Shown here: positions 31,301 through 36,217 of the stretch, one piece after another
Position numbering within the stretch: the first letter of the stretch is position 1
How the letters are laid out: each line of letters opens with the position of its first letter
DNA from: Halarcobacter sp.
GTDB taxonomy: Bacteria; Campylobacterota; Campylobacteria; Campylobacterales; Arcobacteraceae
Direction of reading: 5' to 3'
DNA length: 64,000 nt
Assembly: GCA_963676565.1 (NCBI GenBank)
Contig: OY781089.1
Coordinates: 800,001 to 864,000, forward strand
Position numbers and translations under genes: made by a program
Notes under the pieces: model-generated
What the model was told of the DNA's origin: nothing
What the model saw: only the letters and a program-made list of their open reading frames with translations
The model's database searches: none

Positions 31301-34300
31301 ATAGTGATACAAAAGCTCTTGATATTCAAGAAGTAAATGATGACCCAACTATGGTTCAACCAGCTACAATTTACTATACCGATACTCCTACAGTAGATGA
31401 TTTTAGTGATGAGAGCGGAACTTTAATTGCAAATGATGTAGATACAAATACCACATTTACTTATGATATCACAGGTTCAACTGACAACGGTAATGGAACA
31501 GTATCTTTAGTTGGGGATAATGGAATATTAACTTTAAATAAAACTACTGGAGCTTATACATTTACTGTGAACGATAATGCAATAAATGCTTTAGGTGAAA
31601 GTATAATTGAGACATTTACTGTAACTGCATCTGATGGTGATGGTGGAGTTGTTACTAAAACAGTAATTGTAGATATAACAGCAGTTAATGATGGACCTAT
31701 TTTAGGTGGAGCAAAACCAGGTGATACAAGTGGTGATACATATGGTGCTTACACTCCAGTTTCATATACAGAAAACTCTTCTGCTGTTGCAATTGATCCA
31801 ACAATAACTGTAACTGACCCAGAGAGTAAAAGTTATGCTGATGGGCAATTAAAAATTAGTGTAATAGGAAATAAAAGTGCAGGAGATATGTTATCTTTAG
31901 TCTCTACTGGTGGAATTAGTGTTGATGGTACAGATGTACTTTATGGTGCTTCTGTAATTGGTTCAATTGATTCAAATTATGATGGAACAAATGGAACTGA
32001 TTTAATTATCAATCTAACTGATAAAGCTTTCTCAAATGAAGTTCAAGCACTTATGGGAGCTGTTTCATATAGTTCATTAAATGATTACTTTATTAATACA
32101 ACTAGAACTATTAATATGGAAATCAATGATGGTGGAAATGGTGGAACAGCTACTGCTGCATTAAGTTCAAAAGATGCAATAGTAGAAATCACTCCAGTAA
32201 ATGACTTACCTGTTATTGATACTGGTGAAACAAAATTTGAAATGGAAAAAGTATTAGGTTCTACAACAGTTGGAACTAGTGAGGATGGAAGTTTATACTT
32301 AACTGGAATCTCATTTAGTGATGTTGATGAAACTAGTGATGTTACAGTTGTATTAAAAACAACAGATACAACAACTCAAACTGATACTATGAGTATCTCA
32401 AATGGAACTATAAGTGCAGGTGAAACATTCACTTGGGGAGATGGTTCTAACTCTGTAACTGTTACTGCAGCAGCAGGTGATTCAGCTGATAGTATCGCTC
32501 AAAAGTTAGTTGATGAAATAAACAATGACTCAAATTTAAATGGTGCTTATACAGCTTCTATATCAGGTAATTATGATGGAAAATTTAGTGTTTCTGCACT
32601 TGATATAGATAATATGTTTACAAGTACAGTTAGTGATAGTTCAACAAACACAGATATGACAGCTCAAACTACACAAGAGGTTTATGGATTATTAACAGTT
32701 AAGACAGGAGTTACAAATGGAGTAACTGATATAACTGGAAATGGAACTAAGAGTGTAACTTTAGTTGGAACTTTAGCTGAGATTAACACTACACTTGCTC
32801 AAAGCGATGGATTAAAATTTGTTGCAGGAAATGGAAATGATGTAGTAACTCCAGGAGTTAACTTCTTAAGCATGAGTATTACAGATAGCCAAAGTGGAAG
32901 TGAAAGCTTCAATAAAGAAGTTGTAGTTTTACCAGCTGTTCCAAATAGTTATAGTCAAAATATAACTTTAGAAGAGGATGGTTTTGCAACATTTGATCTT
33001 GGAAGTTTAATTACTGATATTAATGATAATAGTGGTTACTATACATTTGGATTAGTGGGAGAAGCAGGTGAAACAGAAGAGCTTCAAGATGGATCTATTA
33101 ATATTTTAAATCTTGGAACTATTTCTTCAACTCCTACAGTTATTACAAATGGTAATGGTGATGAGATTGGATTTAACCTTGATAATGGAACTTTAATTTT
33201 AGAAAATGATGGGGTTTTAGGTTCTGATTTTGCTAAGTTTACATTTACACCAAATGAGAACTGGAATGGAACAGAAGTAATCTATTATCAATATACTTCA
33301 GGTGATGGAAAAACTGGACCTGTTTCAAAAATCCTTTTATATACAGGTGCAGTAAATGATGCTCCTGAGATTACATCTGGTGATATATTAAATGTAGATG
33401 AAGATACTTCAATCTCATTTGATAGTGCAAATGGAACTAGAATAGTAATTGATGATTTAGATGTAACAAGTGAAGAATTAGAAGTTACTTTAGATGTGAC
33501 AAATGGTAAAGTTACATTAAATGATACAACTGGTGTTAGTATTTTAGAAGGAACAGATTCAAATGCACATATAAAAATTAGAGGTTTATTAACTGATTTA
33601 CAAAATGCTTTAGACAATATGTCTTATCAAGGTAATCAAGACTTTTATGGAAATGATTCATTAAAAATTGAAGTAAATGATAAAGGAAATATTGGAGCAG
33701 CTGGTAATGCATTAGTTACAACTAAAACGATTGATATTACAGTTAATCCAGTAAATGATGCTCCTATTAAATTTTCTGATGAAAATCTTGATACAGAACT
33801 TAATTTTGGTGATGAATATTCTCAAGATATATCTTACATGTTTAGTGATGTTGAAGATAGTAAATGGGATATGGATTTTATTGCAACAGGATTGCCTTAC
33901 GGGATAACATTAGATCCAAGAAGTGGGTTAATTAGTGGTAGAGCATTATCTTCAGGAGTTTATACTGTAGTTGTTACAGCATATGATACAGGTACGCCTG
34001 TTTTATCTGCACCAAGTAAAACTTTTGAGATGTTAGTAATTGCACCTCCAGCTCCAGAAGCACCTGCAGAAGACACTTTGGTTAATAAAACTCAAAATGA
34101 CGAAGCTGATGAAGGTCAAAATGGATTTGGTAATGGTCAAAATCAAGAAGGTGACAATAATGGAGATGATGGTAATCTTGAGATTACAAGAACAGAACTT
34201 ACTTCTATAGTAAGAGATGGTGGACAAGACCAACCTACTGTTGTATCTGCTGGATTTACTGTTGATGTATCTGATAGTGGGCAAATTAGATACAATGATG

Positions 34301-34701
34301 AATCCAACCAAGCTTTTGAAACTGTAGGATTAGTTGTTGAAAGAATGGAAATTATTCAAGACCAAATTGAAATTGAAGTTATTGATACAAAAGCTGGTCA
34401 AAAATATATTGCTACATTAGCTGATGGAAATGCTTTACCTCCTTCTTTATCTTTTGACCCAAATACAGGTGTAATCAAAGGAACTTTACCTGCTGGTGTA
34501 GAAGAACTTGAAATTAGTATCAGAGCTTTATCTGATGATGGAACAACAAGAATCCTTAATATTAAAATTGATATTAATGAGTTAAAAGAAAAAGCTAAAA
34601 CAAACGCTGAAGCAGAGTTCGATACATTAAAAAATCAATTCAAGGCAGAAAGTTATAAAATGACTGAATATGGAAGTTATGTAACTTCACTTTTTAGTTA
34701 A
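19354..34701 (+). CDS. Giant (5115 aa) secreted adhesin-like protein: LEPRxLL leader, DUF4347, cadherin/Ig-like and VCBS-like repeats, two LamG domains, C-type lectin, C-terminal putative Ig domains
   Basis: LEPRILFDG at 19399-19425; DUF4347-like VAFVD...ILSHG...LLYGC...WDLE; many (P/A)VNDAP repeat junctions and YTP..(Y/W)NG.D motifs; LamG at ~22790-23430 and ~24865-25510; lectin with EPN/WND at ~24130-24535; very Asp/Thr/Ser/Gly-rich; no Sec signal peptide. Confidence 0.92.
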   Translation: MAKRRSQKRKPLISALEPRILFDGAAIATAVDVLDNTSFTNDNTDTSIANDATQDTVEVPATQTFERDRKEVAFVDTTVADYETLVEGIDSNIEVFEISSTNEIETILKNLEDVDAVHILSHGNTGEITIGDEVISSDTLSQFEDVMNLLKTSLTQNGDLLLYGCNVASDGEGQEFIDEIASLTQADVAASDDITGSAQLNGDWDLEVESGEIETDEIVIENYDNKLASVSTFTVVDGPSSTPLTIADSSSLKIGIMGTYTSPLATFYTDEGFDVTSFSTSTALDQITLTDYDFFVIDLPIDEFTSAEVTAGTNFLNTGGRFLLIGEHSGFADQNTRISNFVANLGGALSITSASFAGLADDTVGNLNFTDSNINAGVDQMDYNAASYVNIDPDISEAVVVDESNNILVGDQAIGLGRITLMADVNPYASELNDGDNKIWFRNIAIDSATNRDIVTNGGNPNDGFGINAAASIAEDTDKADFVASDFSVSGSTANAIQITSAPTNGILLYSGSALIYTSGIATITSFDATLLTYTPDANYNGTDSFSWAGSTDGGTNYTASSATVSITIDPVNDKPTASNNTLTVYEEHPYTFSASNFGFSDIDGDTLSSVLIANTNISNGTLELTGGVNTGVITSTEVSVSKADIDAGYLVFTSNTDYHGTGDYFRFKVNDGTENSGSYYNMFLNVTNTNDAPSIINTDTTPTFIEDSNKTTITSTPVNIVNTSDFVLSDYENDGISTIKIQVENISDSGEEYLNIDGSKIDITTASSSTTATNGYSYSVTISGTTATLTLTTAPSVLLANATGFIKSVTYQNDADVPTTNLDRVVSLSLVDDGGVANSGNNTSAFEKVSDITISASDDNPEAYNMTAQIGPNSQRTFAEFVPQFDDVDGVNMVGHPNYDSNGDQPYQMEILSLPTTGTFEVYDYANGSGVDDKTDPSNWITISDISAMTTTSTYTLVDGRFVISMADLDNYRYNAGNNSNTTTSISWRVMTSGDTNDSTGWSNSASGLITIIDSASNAAPSVVSFVDTANTTISDGGTFTIPENGTANDLTKLTMVFSDDYTPEDYIDVVITSSDNSIIDPANIVENKSTTTTSGDTRTFNIVPVSDATGTVTLTFTMSDGDKTTTYDVDVVVNENPEIYNPGSVLTVPDINSYVEIANSAELQVQTYTYSIWVKPDTISSQWQPLIMKASDSGLVATRNFSMWIRPDSLQLHNTFFNTQTNSQVHIDTDSSHQLTQNEWNLITATYDGATLKTYINGDLAASIATTGTPINDSSSLFIGGLPNGYSTLGAFSGDIAEVSIYNDALTDVEIKDTMKTQLTGSEDNLVYYTRFTTDSNGDIVDLTATNNSGVLNGNADVSKQVDLDKNTSYSTFTSTDFSTNFLYTDAENDSFAGVKVVTIPSNGTLELSGVAVSAADVISSADIANLVYTPDVDFYGTDSFSYQAQDDVGGFSNTALFDLTVNYVDTDPKIMGTTTLSVDEDSGATTISGFTVTDYYGSNGLGDHTLTAKVVATNGVLAIATAGSTTVVGNGTNTVTITGTAAQIQSAVNTLSYTPDAEYSGTDPLDISIKDDTIGGDWKSYFASETGKFYNPNNGHYYEYVSVSSGISWTDAKIAAEKSTLYGLQGYLANVSTQAENDYVKSLLGGTGWFGANDLETEGSWVWAGGPEEGLAVPLNPDVSWDPWNSGEPNDHGSGEDAGQYRDDGTWNDLPTSYKLNGYVVEYGGFKNDTALEAAQLIVTVNGVNDAPIITATGVDGGANPEYIENDDPITLLDNVVITDADNTTLKNATVSISNNFTPGDILSFTNDGSTMGNIEGSYDATTGELTLVSPSYGDSFVFDGNDDYIDIGTIDNLSGSFSMEASVKVSDNTQNWARIFDLGQGSENDNIFFGFAGSTGKITIAIYDDQNGNFNGIETVNTLDENAWVHVAGVSNGDGTFSIYFDGVEQDVTIKSGSTTSLVSNSVSRDSSYIGKSNWSADADFAGEIKEARIWNDVRSEAEIKANMNQALDLNDSSNDNLLGYWTTSTNGNTVLDLSGNSNDGTLQGDTSISYNGTGTATIQEWENALKSIEFSSTSFNPGTQKDISWSVDDGQTVDNVSNVETTTIDIKELYSEQETNYLAIDSTIDLSSFSGNYAGEYIDFKISDETSTESLGFLTSSTPSTVNGDVTIVGNSVYLGNGSSANVIGQVDNTLNGQNGNNLRINFAVDFVNGDFNSTTTSSGLLSSTKGQTITIDGWNIYNGRVDFGSDTIAGLAIPEDNVWPSTTQGTDVGRDSNTITEDKGWQTYLNEDANGDTSIKMYSKMVTQDGYTIIRGPYIYSDTSVSLQAGDSVQFDWKAEGGDDAYDVFGYIVNVNDDTDYQIILNETGARASSSTSWATENVTVDSAGEYKFVFVSGSWDATGGTWLGAQLYIDDVKVTQQAPSSGLDYTVLESIAQKVTYTDSSDLTYENALGNRTIEITAPKVATSFDTDKPVASFSSDSGVVTITFDEALNAGDELSESDISVANGTLSNFTKVSNTQYTVEVTKDSGYTGDLTLVLAANSVTDTDSSPLQNVQQTFVIKDNIDLTSDANWVKLLYGNQYDYFDDVQANRTGTDLVGDDDHVLLSTQYNSSTDELAFRFRQESSSDAGGIFYLLGVDGTGNGALDFFVGVDIDNKGVATVDFYEAGNGGNYSPSTTSFSKYSTPTTYEVDVSAASDGDDIDGDGNVDGIISFKLDGTSFVNFANGAGGLTGYTINDQVNFMLLTATQTNSINGDIGGVDGNSSKISYADMGAFKPIVFSGDSSGENKATFTFDKMEVNDQISLDAVSSINYVDTDGVDNFTSQGGTITSSDVDANTTPVYSVDGGTVNGTTFTKVGDYGTLTLDSSTGVYTYEPNDSVIDALSESTSESFTLRVSDDNPNGLSTVDTKTLTINITAVNDSPLLGGNSNSVTFTENGSKVLIDSTITISDQEGESYDGGYLFIKNLTNGENSDQLVVTEIGGITLSGSDILYAGTVIGTIDSTYNGVDGKDLKINFNTDAYSVQVQALAQAIAFDNATDDISSDARTYQIQVNDGGEPTPRYSTKDITVNIDAINDLPVISLDSNVYEVEKVISTNPDGTMNLSGISLSDADHSTLTVTFETSNYGTLTFNESASGGITTGDITNNGTSSVTVTSTIAKINATLANAQGLTFIAGTTNDIITPGATSLQITAVDAESGQDVSTKQIIVLPAVPNAYSGNIIENEDTEVSVNLESLIDDVNGTNRGITIGTGTADVDLNLDGDTLDTNEVAGSITPLDVSKEILDNNGKLIGYQLTNGRLVVTEATLEDANPSFNFIYTPDTAGWSGTENFVYQYSSDGKTSLIAEINIVVLAVNDAPTITLSNGNAEAIDEDTTLVFEGSKAITLADLDDTGSETFDLTLSVSNGKLDLTQTTGLTFIQGNDGTGKIKVTGTLSDLQAAIDTLSYTPNAEYNGSDNLVITFNDKGNIGQGDVLEDTQTIAITINPINDAPTIQSYVDINITDGSGASIIDDTYVNYLKVSDVDTANLTYKIDNDGSEDVDVNGDVTNNSNLVDSKVGTYGTLEIDPTTGKYTFTPDKTAISALSDDAVESFVLDVFDGTTHKQVTININITADAQTASTYTEQDPATLVLQDTTIDTNESYGGGFIEFEVSSPEATEIISLEKVTTADTTDGVISIVGSTIFLGDGTTAAAIGQIDGTYNGEDGEKLRINFSVDFTNGDFNATTTSNGLLSSTKGQTVSIDGWNIYNGRVDFGSDTIAGLTIPEDTVWPSTTQGSDVGRDSNTITQDKGWMTYLNPDTSTDSSIKMYSKMVTQDGYTIVRGPYIYSDSSVSLQAGDSISFDWKAEGGDDAYDVFGYIVNVNDDTDYQVILNETGANASSETNWATVSQTVDSAGEYKFVFVSGSWDATGGTWLGAQLYIDDVKVTQANPSSGIDSSVLEKIAQKVTYENIGDLTATNDVQNKTITITTSSGDNTPVVHSDTKALDIQEVNDDPTMVQPATIYYTDTPTVDDFSDESGTLIANDVDTNTTFTYDITGSTDNGNGTVSLVGDNGILTLNKTTGAYTFTVNDNAINALGESIIETFTVTASDGDGGVVTKTVIVDITAVNDGPILGGAKPGDTSGDTYGAYTPVSYTENSSAVAIDPTITVTDPESKSYADGQLKISVIGNKSAGDMLSLVSTGGISVDGTDVLYGASVIGSIDSNYDGTNGTDLIINLTDKAFSNEVQALMGAVSYSSLNDYFINTTRTINMEINDGGNGGTATAALSSKDAIVEITPVNDLPVIDTGETKFEMEKVLGSTTVGTSEDGSLYLTGISFSDVDETSDVTVVLKTTDTTTQTDTMSISNGTISAGETFTWGDGSNSVTVTAAAGDSADSIAQKLVDEINNDSNLNGAYTASISGNYDGKFSVSALDIDNMFTSTVSDSSTNTDMTAQTTQEVYGLLTVKTGVTNGVTDITGNGTKSVTLVGTLAEINTTLAQSDGLKFVAGNGNDVVTPGVNFLSMSITDSQSGSESFNKEVVVLPAVPNSYSQNITLEEDGFATFDLGSLITDINDNSGYYTFGLVGEAGETEELQDGSINILNLGTISSTPTVITNGNGDEIGFNLDNGTLILENDGVLGSDFAKFTFTPNENWNGTEVIYYQYTSGDGKTGPVSKILLYTGAVNDAPEITSGDILNVDEDTSISFDSANGTRIVIDDLDVTSEELEVTLDVTNGKVTLNDTTGVSILEGTDSNAHIKIRGLLTDLQNALDNMSYQGNQDFYGNDSLKIEVNDKGNIGAAGNALVTTKTIDITVNPVNDAPIKFSDENLDTELNFGDEYSQDISYMFSDVEDSKWDMDFIATGLPYGITLDPRSGLISGRALSSGVYTVVVTAYDTGTPVLSAPSKTFEMLVIAPPAPEAPAEDTLVNKTQNDEADEGQNGFGNGQNQEGDNNGDDGNLEITRTELTSIVRDGGQDQPTVVSAGFTVDVSDSGQIRYNDESNQAFETVGLVVERMEIIQDQIEIEVIDTKAGQKYIATLADGNALPPSLSFDPNTGVIKGTLPAGVEELEISIRALSDDGTTRILNIKIDINELKEKAKTNAEAEFDTLKNQFKAESYKMTEYGSYVTSLFS
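25987..26622 (+). repeat. Copy A of a 636-bp (212-aa) internal duplication in the giant gene
   Basis: Aligns without gaps to 30511-31146 (offset 4524 nt); 26 aa differences in 212 by manual count. Confidence 0.95.
30511..31146 (+). repeat. Copy B of the 636-bp internal duplication
   Basis: Shares FDWKAEGGDDAYDVFGYIVNVNDDTDYQ and YKFVFVSGSWDATGGTWLGAQLYIDDVKVTQ exactly with copy A. Confidence 0.95.
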
Positions 34702-34712
34702 TCTTTTTAATA

Positions 34713-34743
34713 AACCAATAAAGAAAAAATTTCTTTATTGGTT
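34713..34743 (+). terminator. Strong hairpin directly after the giant gene (terminator or mRNA stabiliser)
   Basis: AACCAATAAAGAAA-AAA-TTTCTTTATTGGTT, a perfect 14-bp stem. Confidence 0.65.
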
Positions 34744-34866
34744 CTCTCAAACTATTCTTTAATAAAATTTATATAAATAATAAAAATATATTTATAAATG
34801 ATACCCTTGTAATACTATATTTATGTAAAGTAAAAAATAAAATAATGACTTAAATAAGGAAAAGAT

Positions 34867-36213
34867 TTGAGTAATGATATTTCAAAATTATTACAGTATG
34901 AACATAATTTAAGAGAATGTGATAATGAAAAAGAATTATATTATTCAATTGTAAATCAAACTAGAGAATTAGTTGATTATGAACAAGCAATTTTATTTAC
35001 TGTTGATTTAAGTAGAAAGCCTAAAGTTATTGGGATTTCTGATATTGTAACTGTAGATAATACTTCACCTTTTGTTCAGTTTATGCAAGATTTACTAAAA
35101 GATATATTGTCTAAATATTCTGATGATGAATTAAGATTAATAGATATAAATAATGATTTAGAGGAAGGTTTAAAAACTCAACTAAGAGAATATTCTCCCT
35201 CAAATCTAGTTTATATTCCATTGAAAATTATTAAAAATAGTATTGAAATAGAATATTTTTTAATTTTAACAAAAAATAAAATTTATGAAGATAAAGAATT
35301 AGAAATATTAAAATATATATCTTCTTCAATAAAATATTCTTTGTTTGCTATGAGTAGAGACTCTCTTTTAACAAAGTTAAAAAACTACAATTTTAAAAGT
35401 AGCTATTTTTTATATGGACTAGCTATTATCGTTCTAGCAATGTTTATTCCTGTAAAGATGAATGTTATAGCACCATGTACAATTGAACCTAAAAATCCAT
35501 TTATTGTTACTTCTCCAATTGAGGGAGTTGTTAAAGATATAAAAGTAAATTCAAATGATTATGTAAAAGATAACAAATATTTAGTAAAACTAGAAGATAT
35601 TGATTTAAAAAACTCTTACGAAGTTGCACAAAGAAGACTTGATACTATAAAAGCTGAATTATATAGTGCAAAGCAAGCAAGTTTTTATGATGTTGATAAA
35701 AAAAGTCAAATAAAAAGATTAGAAGAAGAAGTTAAACTAAATGAAGCAGAAGTTGAATATGCAAAATCCTTATTAGATAAAACAGATATTTATTCAAAAA
35801 AAGAAGGAATTGTAATCATTGACAATCCAAATGAATGGAAAGGTAAACCAGTTGTTACTGGTGAAAAAATACTTTCAATTGCAAATCCAAAAAATGTTGA
35901 GATTGATATTATGCTTTCTGTTCATGATGCATTATTTTTAAAAGAAGATGCAGATGTTTCAATCTTTCTTGATAATAGAGTTTTTGAATCATGGAAAGCA
36001 AAAGTAACTAATATCTCATATAAACCAGAATTGACTCCAGAAAATAGTGTTGTTTACAAAATTAATGCAGAGTTTATTGATTTATCACAAAACAATGAGA
36101 TTCCAAAAATTGGTCTTAGAGGTACTGCAAAAATCTATTCAGAAAAAGTCACCTTGTTTTTTTATTTATTTAGAAAACCTATAACTAGTTTAAGACAAAT
36201 GTTAGCGTGGTAA
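34867..36213 (+). CDS. Membrane-fusion protein (HlyD family) with N-terminal cytoplasmic GAF-like domain
   Basis: About 170-aa soluble N-terminus, one TM segment (YFLYGLAIIVLAMFIPV), VTSPIEGVV, a coiled coil, EWKGKPVVTGE and KIGLRGTAKI; AAGGA RBS before a TTG start. The GAF call is an inference. Confidence 0.85.
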   Translation: MSNDISKLLQYEHNLRECDNEKELYYSIVNQTRELVDYEQAILFTVDLSRKPKVIGISDIVTVDNTSPFVQFMQDLLKDILSKYSDDELRLIDINNDLEEGLKTQLREYSPSNLVYIPLKIIKNSIEIEYFLILTKNKIYEDKELEILKYISSSIKYSLFAMSRDSLLTKLKNYNFKSSYFLYGLAIIVLAMFIPVKMNVIAPCTIEPKNPFIVTSPIEGVVKDIKVNSNDYVKDNKYLVKLEDIDLKNSYEVAQRRLDTIKAELYSAKQASFYDVDKKSQIKRLEEEVKLNEAEVEYAKSLLDKTDIYSKKEGIVIIDNPNEWKGKPVVTGEKILSIANPKNVEIDIMLSVHDALFLKEDADVSIFLDNRVFESWKAKVTNISYKPELTPENSVVYKINAEFIDLSQNNEIPKIGLRGTAKIYSEKVTLFFYLFRKPITSLRQMLAW

Positions 36214-36217
36214 AATA

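Noticed and set aside
21911..34311. Several 60-110 aa minus-strand ORFs inside the giant gene
   Set aside because: They are antisense shadows of a strongly biased coding strand, with no RBS or recognisable motifs.
19354..34701. Classification as an RTX toxin/adhesin or autotransporter
   Set aside because: I found no GGxGxDxL nonapeptide repeats, no Sec signal peptide and no C-terminal beta-barrel.
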